A stretch of 64,000 nt of DNA from the human T2T-CHM13v2.0 reference genome, Homo sapiens. The notes under the pieces were generated by a model that ran no database searches, had not been told where the DNA came from, and was given only the letters and a program-made list of their open reading frames with translations. Shown one piece after another: positions 1 through 14,340 of this stretch (positions within the stretch are counted from its first letter, which is position 1; each line of letters begins with the position of its first letter). A program made the position numbers and the translations under genes. The DNA lies in NCBI RefSeq assembly GCF_009914755.1, contig NC_060930.1, one strand, 5' to 3'.

Positions 1-472
1 CTCTCCCAATTTTTCTTGAAGTCTAAATTTTTATTAAGATTAACTAAATACAAACCATACAAATATGGAAAAGCCAAAGTATTGTGAAAACTTTACAGTC
101 CTACTGCACAGTTAAAACACAGATGAAATATATTTTGACCCTAAGATTTCAGAATACAGAAAAGTTGGTCAGCACTTCTCATCCTAACTGCTACTAACTA
201 GCTGGCAACTCAGAGCTGCTGCCCTTGTTAGACATAGCTTTCTCTCTTCCAGGTTTCATTCTGCAACTGCTACTATGCCACCTTTCTTTCTTCCACTAGA
301 CTACTTGAATTAAAGCAAACAGTTTCAACAATGAGCTAAACTCAGAGTAGCCTTCTTTTCAGCATGAGAATGAATTAGCAGGCAGAAAAAGGAGTGTTTA
401 TTAAATTAACATCCAAAGATACACGTGAATTACACAGAAAGTCCAAAAACAGCTGTACATATAATGTAATGA

Positions 473-852
<380 letters not shown>

Positions 853-1160
853 AGCGATTGTAAAATCTTAAGTGAGAAAAAGAGATGTTGAAAGCCATTC
901 TCAAATCCTTCTAAAACAGCATTCTCTAATATTTTCAAAAACTTCAAACTGTAAGAATTTTGAATAATAACTGAGATGAGACCATAGTGACATCCACCTG
1001 TCAGAAATTAAATGAAGCTTCCATTTTCCACTTCTGAGATAAACTAGGATCACACTGCAAAGATACTGTCTTATTCTTTAAGCTTAAAACAGAGAAGACT
1101 TTTGCTTGACTTCCACTAGGATGTAATGGTTGTTGACAAATGTATTCTATCAGTTTACAG

Positions 1161-1292
1161 CAGTGGTTCTCAAACTTTAAGGTGAAGAATCACCCAGAGT
1201 TTCTGGGCCCTAAGAATGTGTATTTCTAACAAGTTCCCAGGTGATGCTGATCTGCTTTCCTCAGTTTAGGCGCCACTGTTTGAGAAGCACTG
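1161..1292. mobile_element. MER5A-like hAT-Charlie MITE
   Basis: TIRs cagtggttctcaaac ... tttgagaagcactg; internal tttctaacaagttcccaggtgatgctgat. Confidence 0.7.
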
Positions 1293-2361
1293 GTCTGTAA
1301 GATAAGACCAGGTGGGGAAAGGGAGAAATTGAAGGAGTTTACTGGCAAGGAATTGAAATTACAAATCTGCAATTTTAAAAGCTAAATAATTTAAACTCAA
1401 ACCAAACATTTGACCTCCCACCCATTTGTAAGTATGGAAAAGTTTCAGTAAGGTAACTCTTTTACTCAAAGAGTTTACTGAGAAAGTATCACACTGTGAT
1501 CTAATAAAGAAAAGCCATACAGCTTAAGAATACTTTATGGCAACTCTTTAAACTTTGGTTGCTAAACTGTAATGATATACCACAGATGTGAAAAATAATC
1601 TTAATAAAATAGTTTAAAACTTTGTTCAATGCCATATAAATCTCCCATATAATCCAGGCTGAACTAAAAACAGCTGTTTAAATTATTGAATAAATTTCGA
1701 CATTTGTATAGTTAGGTTCAAAAAAAGTGTAGTGAGGCAAAAAACCTTCAATGAACTTATAGAAATAGGATTTGACCAGTGGTTTTCAGAGTCATAAAAG
1801 ACAAGAGCATCAAATGGAAAAAGATAACAAATAAAATAGAAATACACTTAATGTTAACAGGCAGGCAAGGTTACACTATGGTATCCTTTCTCTACCTAAA
1901 TACATTACCAATTTTAGAAGCTTAAAGAAAAAAAAAGATTAAAATTAGATCTACTAAAAATCAAGACCAATCACAAAAGAGAGGAGCAGAAGAACCTAAA
2001 AAGACCTAGTCTATTTTATTCCACCATTCTTTACAATCAATAGCAACGTAGGCTACCATCAGGTAGTTTTGAAGATTCAAACTGAACATCAAGAGAAGGG
2101 CTTCATGCTTTGTGGATATTCAAAAACATTTATTCAACCAAAGAAAACAGCTGAGAAAAAAACTGTCCTTAAGTTTTCACTAAATTTTTGCTTATAGTCA
2201 GCAACAGTGAATTCTAGCAAATGTTACTGCATACGTAGTAATTCAATTCTGCATACAAGTTTCAAATTATTAACTCAGGAGAAAAATACTACTTCAAGTA
2301 TAGGATTACTGATCTCCTAGGTTCATCTCACAATATTTTTTCAGACAGAATTTAGTCTTAC

Positions 2362-2503
2362 CCTCAAGTCTCCTGTGCCAGGAAAGTATTCCCCATATTT
2401 ATGGAATGATACCGTCATTACACGATCTGTTGTATAAAAAGCTTCTTCAACACCATCACCATGATGAATATCTATATCAATATATAAGACTCTCTGATGA
2501 TAC
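2362..2503 (-). CDS. HDAC2: HDAC2 exon 6 ([47 protein letters not shown]), 142 nt; gene continues beyond window start
   Basis: Acceptor tttcAG at 2505-2504, donor AGG|GTAAG at 2361. Contains the zinc-binding DIDIHHGDG motif. Confidence 0.98.
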
Positions 2504-2858
2504 CTGAAAACAAATCCATAAGTTTTGGTTTTTCCTTTAAAGGTTCTAAGATGGGAAGAAGCACCACAAATTCAGGAAACCCATTTTTGAGCTCTTGCAT
2601 TCCAGAATGTTTAATCACCTTTTACATTCAGCCTAAGAGGTTATTCAAATATCTGAGGTTTGAGCCTCAGGCCTTTAAATACCCACTTGTGGCCCAATGT
2701 AGGTTAAAAAATATATATTTACTCTTTGTGAAATCTGTTCTATTCTACATGCTTCAAAAACATAGCACGTATTTCTAATATATTAAAAACTGAAGATTAT
2801 ACCATACTCAAGATTGTTAATTAAAACACCTCTGTAGTAAATCTTCAATAGTATAAAA

Positions 2859-3950
2859 TAGGGATTGGCTAACTATGGCCCATGGCCCAAATTTGGCCAA
2901 TTGCCTCTTTTTTCAGCTTTGAACTAAGAAGTTTTTATTATTTTTTAAATGGTTTAAAAACAAAACCAAAACAAGAGTATTTTCTGACGTGTGATAATTA
3001 TACAAAATTCAAATTTCAGTGTCCATAAAAAAAGTTTTACTGAAAGACAGCCATGCTCAATTGTTTATTACCTATGGCTTCATTTGAACTGCAGAATCGA
3101 TTAGCTGTGACAGAGGCTACATGTGGTACTCTCATGACTTCAAACTGGTGCTTGGAGCACCACAGATTAGTGACACAGTTGTAACTCAAACGCAGTTTAG
3201 GAGTCACATGAATCACCATGTCATGACATTTTGTTACCAGTGTATACTCATGTCAAAATAAGGGGAAAATGGACTTCTCATGTCATCCTTTTGAAGTATA
3301 GTGAAGTGAGATATTATTAGATGGCAAAGCATTGTATTTATTATATAATGGTGCCATAACTGTGCTAAATAAAACAATACAATGTAAATTGATATTTCCA
3401 GACTAAGCACTCATAAGAATATTCTCATAACACTATAAACAGCATACCATAGTACAGCAAAATTTCTTCACAAAATTAAAAAAACAGAAATGAGGCTGTG
3501 ATCAAAATAAAGTTTCTGAGCGGCTCACGTGTTAGATAAGCAAGGAAAGCTGTGCACCAAGTCAATTAATTAAATCATGTTTGATTACACCACCCAAAAA
3601 AATGTGTCCAGACAAATTAAAGTTGTTTAAAACTATTAGCTGAGTGGGCAAGAACTTGCTCAAAGAGTTGAAGACACTGGAACCAACATCAACAGTCAAT
3701 TAAAAAACAAGGCAAATGATTGCAAATGATTTTCCTTTGCTCCTGATGAGCAGGCAAGATGTTACACTGATACTGCTCAATCACTGTTTATTTGAGGAGT
3801 CAGTATCAATTTTAAGTTGACTGAAAAGTCAGCCTCTATGGATAGCATGCATGGAATAACTACAAGCAAAAAACACTAGCTCAGTATAATACAAAGTAGA
3901 ATCTGCTAAGATGTGTCATAACTGATGGCAAAAAATAACTAACACTGCGA
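2859..3950 (+). mobile_element. hAT-Charlie (Cheshire/MER58-type) fossil with decayed transposase
   Basis: MER58-like left end (gggattggctaactatggcccatggcccaaat; aaagttttactgaaagacagccatgc) followed by degenerate transposase-like sequence. Confidence 0.65.
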
Positions 3951-4301
3951 ACATCCAAATTCCTAAGTACCTCTATAGATCTCTCTCTCCAACTGCAGCC
4001 ACAGATAAGGAAAAATAACTCCTTCAACAACTCAGAGATAATTTTATATCCATCAGTAGAGAACAAAGCCTCATTCAGATATGGAAGTTAGGCAGTTAGA
4101 CTAACTCAATAGGTAAAAAAATTTCCTTTAACACTGGCTTCAAATTTTTGTCTTCAGTTTAAAACATCCAAAATACTAGAATATAAACTTCCAAGGTCAT
4201 TGTCATTTTTTACTAGTTGAAACTAACTAAAATGAAAATTGCCAAACTACTTTTAAAAAAGGGTATTTAATGGGAGTTTTGACATTTATATACACTTCTA
4301 A

Positions 4302-4594
<293 letters not shown>

Positions 4595-4613
4595 TTTTAT
4601 ACACTTCTAATTC

Positions 4614-4895
4614 TTTTTTTAAGGCAGGGTCTCACACTGTTGCCCAGGCTAGAGTGTAGTGGCAGGAACATGGCTTCCTGCAGACTCAACTTCCTGGGCT
4701 CAGGTACTCCCACCTCAGCCTCCTGGGTAGCTGGGACTACAGATGCATGCCACCACATCTGGCTAATTTTTTTTCTGTAGAGATGGGATTTTGCCATGTT
4801 GCCTAGCCTGGTCTCAAACTCCTGGGCTCAAGAGATCCGCCCACCTCAGCCTCCCAAAGTGGAGGGATTACAGGCCTGGGCCATAGTGCCTGGCC
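4614..4895 (-). mobile_element. Alu (J-type)
   Basis: Diverged antisense Alu with the AluJ-type ctcctgggctcaag motif. Confidence 0.85.
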
Positions 4896-5097
4896 ACACT
4901 TCTAAGTCTTAATAATTGAAGAATTGGGCAAATTTCCTGCATTTCTTCATTGTTTTGTAATGAATTCATAGAAAATTCACCATTAACTATTTCAACCTAT
5001 GGTTTACCTAATATTTTTTAAAGCCATAGACTTTATTTATTGTGTTTTAATGAAAACACTTTATCACTGAAAAGAGTATCAATATAAATTAACATAC

Positions 5098-5236
5098 TTT
5101 AGTAATTCAAGGATGGCAAGCACAATATCATTAACGTAACAGAATCCTGATGCTTCTGATTTCTTAGCATGATGTAATCCTCCAGCCCAATTAACAGCCA
5201 TATCAGTCTGTTGTCGGTTTAACTTCACAGCTCCAG
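5098..5236 (-). CDS. HDAC2: HDAC2 exon 5 ([47 protein letters not shown]), 139 nt
   Basis: Acceptor ttAG at 5238-5237, donor AA|GTATG at 5097. Contains the catalytic GGLHHA and SGFC motifs. Confidence 0.98.
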
Positions 5237-5703
5237 CTAAGAAGTAGAAACAAGATAGACCTTTTAAACATTTATCATAAAAAAGTAGTAGAATGAGACA
5301 AAAACACTACAAGTGTATGCCATGCATAAGCAAGAGCTTAAAATCATGAAAGTTAACAGAAATCATCTATAACACAAATAGGAGTTACTCCTTAGAAAAA
5401 TATTCTCCTAGAGCTGCAACCTGAGATTAAATAATGGTTTATGTGGAAAGTGGTAGTAACAATGATACCTAGAAGACAAAGGGAATGAATGAAGTCTCCA
5501 AGTGAAAATAAGTTTAAAAAGCGTTTAAGTCATAATCATAAAACATAGAGGTTTGAAAGTAAATTGTACTTTACTATAAACATACTGATTTCCTTTTGTT
5601 ATCAAAATTCACAATCATTAAAACTTCTGTTTTACACAAATAACCCGAAAGATAACACACCAAGTTCAGATCAACTTTTAAATCTGATTGCATTAGCACT
5701 TAC

Positions 5704-5778
5704 CAACTGAACCGCCAGTTGAGAGCTGACAAAACTCAAAGAGTCCATCAAACACTGGACAATCTTCTCCAACATTAA
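5704..5778 (-). CDS. HDAC2: HDAC2 exon 4 ([25 protein letters not shown]), 75 nt
   Basis: Acceptor cacAG at 5780-5779, donor TTG|GTAAGT at 5703. Contains the DCPVF motif. Confidence 0.97.
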
Positions 5779-6570
5779 CTGTGGAAGATGGATTTCATTA
5801 ATTTCAACACATTCTGCAAATTAATGAAAGCCTTTTCTTACAAAAACTATTTCCCACAAATACTTTTTTGCTTGATGCAATCATCAAACATACACTTCAC
5901 AGTATAATATAAAGTTTCCAACTTTAAAATATATTTATTGTTTTATCCAAGGTAATTAAAGTGTTATCTGTGAAAGATCATCAAATCTTATCAGGATTAT
6001 CTGTGGAATATTTCTGTCTATTAACAAGAACTCAATAGTTGTCTAAGTACAACAATTCTTATTTAATTAAAACACAGGCTTAAATTTTCTAGGCCTTTCC
6101 CCTTAATATTACAATAAGTTAACATTCTAAAAGCAACTTCAATTGCTTTATAATTTACTTTCTTTGAAACTCCTTAAATACCTATAATATCTGTAACTTT
6201 GAAATGCATGTCAGTAAGTTACTAAACCAAAAAGATGTAACAGCTGGTTGCCTATTCCCATGGCTAATCTTGATCTTGAAAGTTGCTAAGAATTAACTAG
6301 GTTCATGGGAGCCAAAACATAGGATACTAAAGACAACAAGGAAAACATTTACAGATAAACGATCACACATTTAGTTCCTTAGCACTGAGAGAATGAAAGG
6401 ATATGGCAGATGTATGTAACCCTTTCTTAGTCTTTCCCTATGCCCTTGAATTGTAACCTCTTCAAGAATAAGGGTCCTTGTTTTGTATATTAATATCTTT
6501 GTATACCCTTAAGTCACAAGCACTATAAGAAATGAATTTTAGTTTCTTACTGCACAGAGAGATCATAATC

Positions 6571-6872
6571 TTTTTTTTTTTTTGGAGACAGAGTCTCACT
6601 CTGTCGCCCAGGCTGGAGTGCAATGGCGTGAGCTTGGCTCACTGCAACCTCCACCTCTGGGGCTCAAGCAAGCAATTCTCCTGTCTCAGCCTACAGAGTA
6701 GTGGGATTACAGGCGCGCACCACCAAACCCAGCTAATTTTCTGTACTTTTTTAATAGAGACAGGGTTTTGCCATGTTGGCCAGGCTGGTTTCGAACTCCT
6801 GACCTCAGGTAATCCACTCACCTCCGCCTCCCAAAGTGCTGGGATTACAGGCGTGAGCCACCACACCTGGCC
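6571..6872 (-). mobile_element. Alu (S-type)
   Basis: Antisense Alu consensus; gatcataa on both flanks. Confidence 0.9.
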
Positions 6873-7733
6873 AGGATCATAAGCTTAATAGAACTCATTA
6901 TTATGTGGGTTTTAAATCAATCCTGTTATGTTGTTTGCCCAAGGGCTACTCATGCCTCTTTTGCATCTAAGTTGGAATCTTCATTGAAAAAAAAAAAATT
7001 AAATACTACATGTTCTAGTTACATTGTAGCATTATAACAAATCAAACAAGATATGGCAGAAATGTGTATGAGGTTGTAAATATGAGATGTCTAGCACCTA
7101 CACTAATTTAGTATAATCATCACTGAAGTCAGTCAATACAAACACTAATGAGAATGAACTTTGGTATCAAGCTTTAAAAGATACTGTTCCAATAATTTTA
7201 GGTTGACTTTTGCATTCTACCTTCAAGCCAATTTGTTACTAATCTCTAAAAATAAAATACTTTTAACCTGTACAAGAGAACATTACGTAGAATCAAAAGC
7301 TTCACTAATATCTTAACAAAGAAAAAGAGATGTGTATTATAGTCCAGGTTAACTGAAGTACACAAAGACAAGACAAGAGATATGTACATGCCAAGCTAAG
7401 GCTAATCAAAGTGTAATCTTGTTTTTGTTTTTTTGAAGCGAGGGAGTAAGGGAGTGAGGTCTCCCTACCAATATGTATTAACCCAAAGTTATCAGGGGAG
7501 CAAACTAGGAGTAGAAGAATACCCAAACAGCAGTTTTGCAAACCAATAAGCTTCAGATAGGTTTACTTTTTTCTTAAGTAGCTTTAGTAGTGTTAAAATG
7601 ACTTTTCAAATCAGTAAATAACTGTAACATATTAGACCAACAGGAAAAATATTCAGATTTAGATCATTCTAAGCTCCTAAAAATACTAATTTACATTTAT
7701 CAATGCAAAACTACTTTTTACTTAGAAACGTAC

Positions 7734-7851
7734 ATCTCTGCATCTGCTTACTATACTCAGACATGTTATCTGGTCTTATTGACCGTAGAAATTTGATATA
7801 CTCATCACTGTGATATTTTGTCATTTCTTCGGCAGTGGCTTTATGGGGCCT
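7734..7851 (-). CDS. HDAC2: HDAC2 exon 3 ([39 protein letters not shown]), 118 nt
   Basis: Acceptor cacAG at 7853-7852, donor GAT|GTACG at 7733. Translation matches HDAC2. Confidence 0.97.
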
Positions 7852-8990
7852 CTGTGAAGAGAAATAAATGTCAGAACTGTGGAATTACAACCGGTTATAT
7901 CAGTATTATCAAACAAATATACAAATTCCCCTATCGGTCCCCTCAAAAGAACCAAGTCTACCAGAACAAAATATATAAATTCCAAAACTAACCCAAACTT
8001 ATATGTGTTTTAGAAAACAGTAATCAATCTCAAAACTAATTCAAACTCCTTTAAAAGCATTACACAGGCATATCAACTATGATTTAATCACTCCTTATTT
8101 TAGTGGAAACAGTTCGAGTAAAAAGTCAAATCCATATGTTCATAAACTCTACTTTCTCTCCTTTTCCATGATAAAACATCCAGTGATTTCATCAATGAAA
8201 TCACTCACTACAAGAGTTTTCAATTCTAAATCTTTGTTCACGACCTCTCGTCCTTTTTTCTATCCTAATCTTCCTTGTTCCGAAGAGCTCAATTTCACGT
8301 ATGACACAATTCTTCCACAAGACTTCCAGACTGAGTCTTATTCTAACTTCCCCTCTTCTCTAAATGTCTACATGTAACTGAAAATAATTCACATATTCAC
8401 ATATATTGCCTAGCATTAATTGTTTTAAATATTTCTTTTCTCCCCAAATAGCTAATTGTCGTGTCTGTATTTGTTTATACATATCCTCATCTTTATCTAC
8501 AAAAACATTAAGGCAGCTGTTGCACTTGTGTTATCTGTACTATGCTTGGCCACACTAACACAGTATTCCATATGTATTATATGCCCTGCAAATATTTGTG
8601 GGATTAATTTTATGTGTTATTATTTTGTAACAGTCCCAGGTCAACTCTTTTCAGCAGCACAGGCAGATTAACAATTATTGTAAAAAAAAAAAAAAAAAAA
8701 AAAATACTTAATATGCTACACTGAGTTGTTGCTATACTGAGTTGTTCTCCAGAACCATGAAAGCCTAGGGTAGGGGGAACTTTTTTAAATGGTTAAAGGA
8801 AAAGGAAAAAGAGGGTATAGCTCTCATTCTTATTCATCTCCTAAGAATAAACGAAAAAAGAAGTTTGTTTTCTTCCAGATCTTTTCATCTGCTAAATGCC
8901 CTCAAAAGGGGAATAATAGACAAAGTTTCACAGTAGCTAAAAAAAAATAAAAAAGATCAGTGCTGAATATGTATTAAAAGGAATACTCAC

Positions 8991-9103
8991 ATATATTTCC
9001 ATTTTTCTGTATAAGCCATAATTTAACAGCAAGTTATGGGTCATGCGGATTCTATGAGGCTTCATGGGATGACCCTGTCCATAATAATAATTTCCAATAT
9101 CAC
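8991..9103 (-). CDS. HDAC2: HDAC2 exon 2 ([38 protein letters not shown]), 113 nt
   Basis: Acceptor ttttAG at 9105-9104, donor TAT|GTGAGT at 8990. Contains the class I HDAC GHPMKP motif and is in phase with exon 1. Confidence 0.98.
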
Positions 9104-9890
9104 CTAAAATAGAAAAGACACAAACTAAACAATACAGACAAGAGACCCTCCATGAACTATTTGAATTTATGTATGTCTATCATTAGAAGGCATTTACTAC
9201 TTAACAAAATTTATTTAAAACCTTAGCAACTTAGATTTATTTTGCAACTTTCAAACTGTATCAGATGACTAAGACGCTACGCACACTTTTACCAGCTGAA
9301 GACTCCATTATTACACATTATATTTATTTGTAGATTAAGGAAAGCAAGCTTTTCTGATTTTTAGCTACCCCCAATTTTTAAAATTTCTGTTCCTTGAAAT
9401 GATGCCTGCTTTCTGTATTCTCTGGCAAATTCACATGCTTTTAAGTTCTCTGAGTTTTATTGGTATGATTTAAAATTTTTTCAGCAAATACTGCTTTTTG
9501 GATGATTTGCTGGCATTTCAGAAATCTCATAATTGGCGTTTTGCATGTTAAAACATACCGTGTCCATATTAAAGCCCATCAGGGAAGTTTTGGTAACTGA
9601 AATTTAGGTCCTAAATGAGGTTTTGCTCCACTAAGACACAGCATTACATTTTTCAAGGTAATAAAAATACTGTCTCATTCTTCATGACTAAAAAGTTGTA
9701 ATTCCTAGCCTGTCTTTTTAAACGGCATCTTATATCACAATGTCTTTAAACTTATGCATAAGATTTAAAAAAGAGAAAATAACAAAATCACAGATTTTCA
9801 TCAACTAAATTTCAATAAAATTAATACTTTTAGGTAAAGCTCCAGTGTTTCCTATAATAGTAAATAACAAGAAGCCTCTCAAATATATAA

Positions 9891-10200
9891 AGTCAACCCT
9901 CTGTATCTGTGGATTCAATCAACTGCAGACTGAAAATATTTTTAAAAAATAGATGGTGGTGTCTGCTGGAAACACGTAGAGACTTTTTTTCCTTGTAATC
10001 TTCCCCTAAATCATACAGTGTAACAACTATTTACACTGCATTTGCATTGTATTAGGTATTATGAGTAATCTAGAGATGACTTAAAGTGTAAGGGGAGATA
10101 TACATAGGTTATATGCAAATACTATACCAGTTTATTGAAGGAACTTAAACACCCATGAATTTTGCTATCTGTGGAAGTCTTGGAACTAATTCCCCACAGG
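9891..10200 (-). mobile_element. MER2-like TcMar-Tigger element
   Basis: Reverse complement of the MER2 core (gcattgtattaggtattatgagtaatctagagatga; taggttatatgcaaatactata). Confidence 0.7.
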
Positions 10201-10910
10201 GTCAGGACAGTCAAGCTATTTTAATGGTTTGAAGTCTATCATTTCAACACGGGTTTATATATTACAATAAAAGCTAGAATAAAAAATGCGATTTATCCAC
10301 TAAATCTTTCAAAGTCCTCCCTAAATACACCTTTTGTTTGTTTAATGGAAACAACCCCAAAAACTTTTTTGTCCTCTCTCCTACATATTTGATAACAGTA
10401 CAGGATAAACAATCAGCTTTTACAAAATCCATGCTTCTAATAACATAAATACTTGATTTTGTTGGTATCACACCTCTAATTTTAGTTAACTTCATTTTCA
10501 GCACAGCTCTCTTCTGAAAACAATTCATATACAAAGTCTTTTAAAGGGAAAGCCACCTTTTTAATGCAGGTGCCAACAAGGCTAAGAAACAATATAGAGT
10601 TTAGCAAAGCAGGGCCATGGCCCTTTGCAACATTCCTCTGCAATTATAATTAAGAGGCTATGATTGCAGAAAATAAACTACCTATTAAGAAAGAATCTAC
10701 CATAAAGCTCTACCTTACATGGTGACAATACAAGGGATATATAGTTCCTTGAAAGCAGCCTGGTCTCATCATTTCTTAGATATGGAAAACCCACTAGTGT
10801 TATTACAAAGCATCATGTAATTAAATTAATACAAGGGAAGGCATTTCTTAGTTATCACTACTAAAGAAATCATTAAAGTAAAAATAATGAAAGTCTAGTC
10901 TTCACTAGAA

Positions 10911-10999
10911 ATGCAGATTCTATGAGGTTTCGTGGGATGACCCTGCCCATAATAATTTCCAATATCACCTAAAACAGAAAAGACACAAACTAAACAATA
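10911..10999 (-). pseudogene. Partial duplicate of HDAC2 exon 2 plus its 3' splice site (pseudo-exon) in intron 1
   Basis: Aligns to 9043-9134 with 5 substitutions and one 3-nt deletion. Confidence 0.92.
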
Positions 11000-11189
11000 A
11001 CTTCCATCTATCTGCCTCTGTGTAACAATTACCCAAATGAAATGTCTCTAACATCTACCACATCATAACATCAAATACTCTAGTTATTTGATGCACACTG
11101 AAAATCCAGTGAAAAGCCCCAGGCCCCAATAATTGGAGACTACAGTAGCAATTTCTGAGCAAGTGTGTTTGAAAAAAAAAAAAAGCAGT

Positions 11190-11420
11190 AATTAACACTT
11201 GTTGAGTGCTTACTAGAAGGCACTATTAAGTACTTCACATATCTTTTAATCTTGTCAATAACCTTATGATGTGGGTATTATTACATTATTCCTATTGTAT
11301 AATAGTAATGAAGGATGAGAAACAGACAAGTCAGGTATTATTGCCTAAGTCACATAGCCAGCAAGTGGAGGAGCTAGATTCAAACTCTGGCAGGGCAGCT
11401 CACAGCTAATGTTCTTAAGT
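11190..11420. mobile_element. MIR
   Basis: Diverged MIR core (ttgagtgcttact ... ttgcctaagtcacatagccagcaagtggaggagctagattcaaac). Confidence 0.6.
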
Positions 11421-11766
11421 AATAACAACAGGGAATGTCAAGGACACTTACAGATTCACTAGAAATGGCAGGGTGAAGGCTGAAAAAAAGACATAATATG
11501 AAATATAAATATTTTAAATAAAGGCTTAGGGTCTTGGTTAATTTAAAGAAAATGAACACAAGAAACTGTACCTAATATATCAGAGTAATTTACTTTTTAC
11601 TAATAGGGTCCTCAAATCGTATACGAATACGCATAGCTTTCAACAAGTTTCTCTGTTGAAATTTAGGGACCCCAGTCCCACAAAGAATACACAAAGAACC
11701 TAAATGATACATGTATACAGGGCAGCCAAGCTACAGATAATTTTTTGGTTTACCAAGAATTCTTCT

Positions 11767-12074
<308 letters not shown>

Positions 12075-12171
12075 CTAAAATATAAAGGCGTTATAAAATA
12101 ACCATCTCCAACTTTTTCCCACTAATTCTGTATCTCACAATTCTCTAGATGGCTACTTTGTAGGCATCCAC

Positions 12172-12478
<307 letters not shown>

Positions 12479-12593
12479 TAAAGTATAAAAAGGCTAAGAA
12501 GTTTTAAGAGCCTACAATTTTTATTCATCATTTAAATGGTCAGTAATGTATTAATAATTTGGGCATTTTAAATGTTACTGATTTGCATCAAAA

Positions 12594-12818
12594 TACAGAT
12601 TATCCCTAATCCAAAAATTTGATATCCAAAATGTTCCAAAATCTGAACTGTTTTGAGCACCAACTTAATAGTCAAGGAAATGCTAACTGGAGCATGTCAA
12701 ATTTTTGATTTTCGAATTAGGGATGCTAACTGGTAAATAATTACAAATATTGCAAAACCTCCCCAAATCTGAAATACTTCTGGTCCCAAGAATTCAGATA
12801 AAGGATATTCAACCTGTA
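12594..12818. mobile_element. Tigger4/MER46-like MITE
   Basis: tatccctaatccaaaa...aaaatgttccaaaatctgaa...ggatattcaacctgta. Confidence 0.65.
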
Positions 12819-12993
12819 CATAAAAATACTTTACCAATGAAATAAACATTCAGAAAAATCAGCTCAAGGTGGTTCCTTGAACACAACAAACTTTAATTGT
12901 CAATGCAAAGAAATTACTGTAAAGAATTATTTATCTGCAAAATTTTACAAATTGCTCACTCTTCAAGAAACTAACAGAATGGAAGTGTCTACT

Positions 12994-13305
12994 AAGGTCC
13001 ACAATCTCTTATCCATATTCCTTCAAATTAGATATGTTTCAAATTTTACACTTTTTCAGATTTTGTAGAGATAATATGGTACACCTGCCATATATTATGT
13101 AATAGCCTAGAGTTTGGGTGGCATGATATAATCAAACATTAATATTTCTACAGCAAAAAAGTGTGAATATTCACGGTATTCACAGAGGAATAAAGATCAT
13201 AAATAGCCTCACATTGATTCAGGTTAAGATTTTGATTCCAAATGAGTTACCAAAATTTTTTTCAATTTTCAGGTCATTTTGGATTTCAGAACTGTGAAAT
13301 GTACC
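12994..13305. mobile_element. MER46C-like Tigger MITE
   Basis: ggtccacaatctcttatcc ... ttttggatttcagaactgtg termini. Confidence 0.5.
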
Positions 13306-13399
13306 TTTAGCCACAAAGATAAGTTGACTGCAAAAAGAGACTCAGGAAAAAAAAAACAAGAGAAAAGAAAAAAGTTTATTATTTTCATCTTCCAGACTA

Positions 13400-14340
13400 C
13401 TTAGCCCACTATCCATTTTTTATACATATTAACACATCTTTAATACATATTTCAAGGAGGTTATTCCTCCTTGAGACATTCGGAGCCTTGGCTTCCATAA
13501 TACCATTTTCTTGGGATTTTACTTGTACCCCAAGGCCACTCCTCCACCAACCTTTAAACATCAAGGGTTTTCAGTTCAGCCATTCATTTAATAAATCAAG
13601 AGCCTACCATGTGCCAAGCAGGTACTGTTCTAAGGGTTTGGGTTCATCAGTGAACAATAGTTCTGCCCTAAATTCTCTTCTCTCGGGAGTTAAGTCCTGG
13701 GACCAGTCGTCTGTCTATGCTGTATCTTTTTCAGTCTCAATACTTCACCTGATATAAGCTGAGAAATCCCAAATTTCTATGTCTAGACTCTCCTCTCTGG
13801 ATTATAAACTCACAGAGGTTAACTCTCTTCTCAGTCTTTTCACTTGAATTCAATAAGGATCTCAAATATAAGATGTTCAAAACAGAGCTCTTTATTTGTA
13901 TTCCCAATCTTAGTGAGTAGTACCACATACCACCTAACTGCTCAATCCAGAAACTTAGGAGTCATCCTTCATTCTCTAACACCATTCCTCAGCTCCAACT
14001 CCATTTCTAATCCATCAAAAAGTTCTATTGGTTTGAGGCCCAAATCTCTCTTAAATATGTCTATTTCTATCTAAAATGCAACCATTACATTTTATATGGA
14101 CCAATATGTGTTCAATTCTTGCTTCCAGCCTATATTCCACAACTCCTTACCAATTATTTTGAGAGAATGCATTCTATTTGAGAAACTTTCAATGGCTTTC
14201 CACCTCTGGGTAAAGTCAAATTTCTTACTACACAGTTTTGTGCAGTCCCACTTTTTACTGCCTAACATGGGACTCCACATTTTCCTTGTCTTCCTTCCCA
14301 TTAAGTGCACCAAGTTCTATTAATAACTATCTGGCTTTGC
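13400..14340. mobile_element. L2 LINE fragments
   Basis: L2-like motifs (cattcatttaataaat...cctaccatgtgccaagca; ccagaaacttaggagtcatccttc). Confidence 0.55.
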
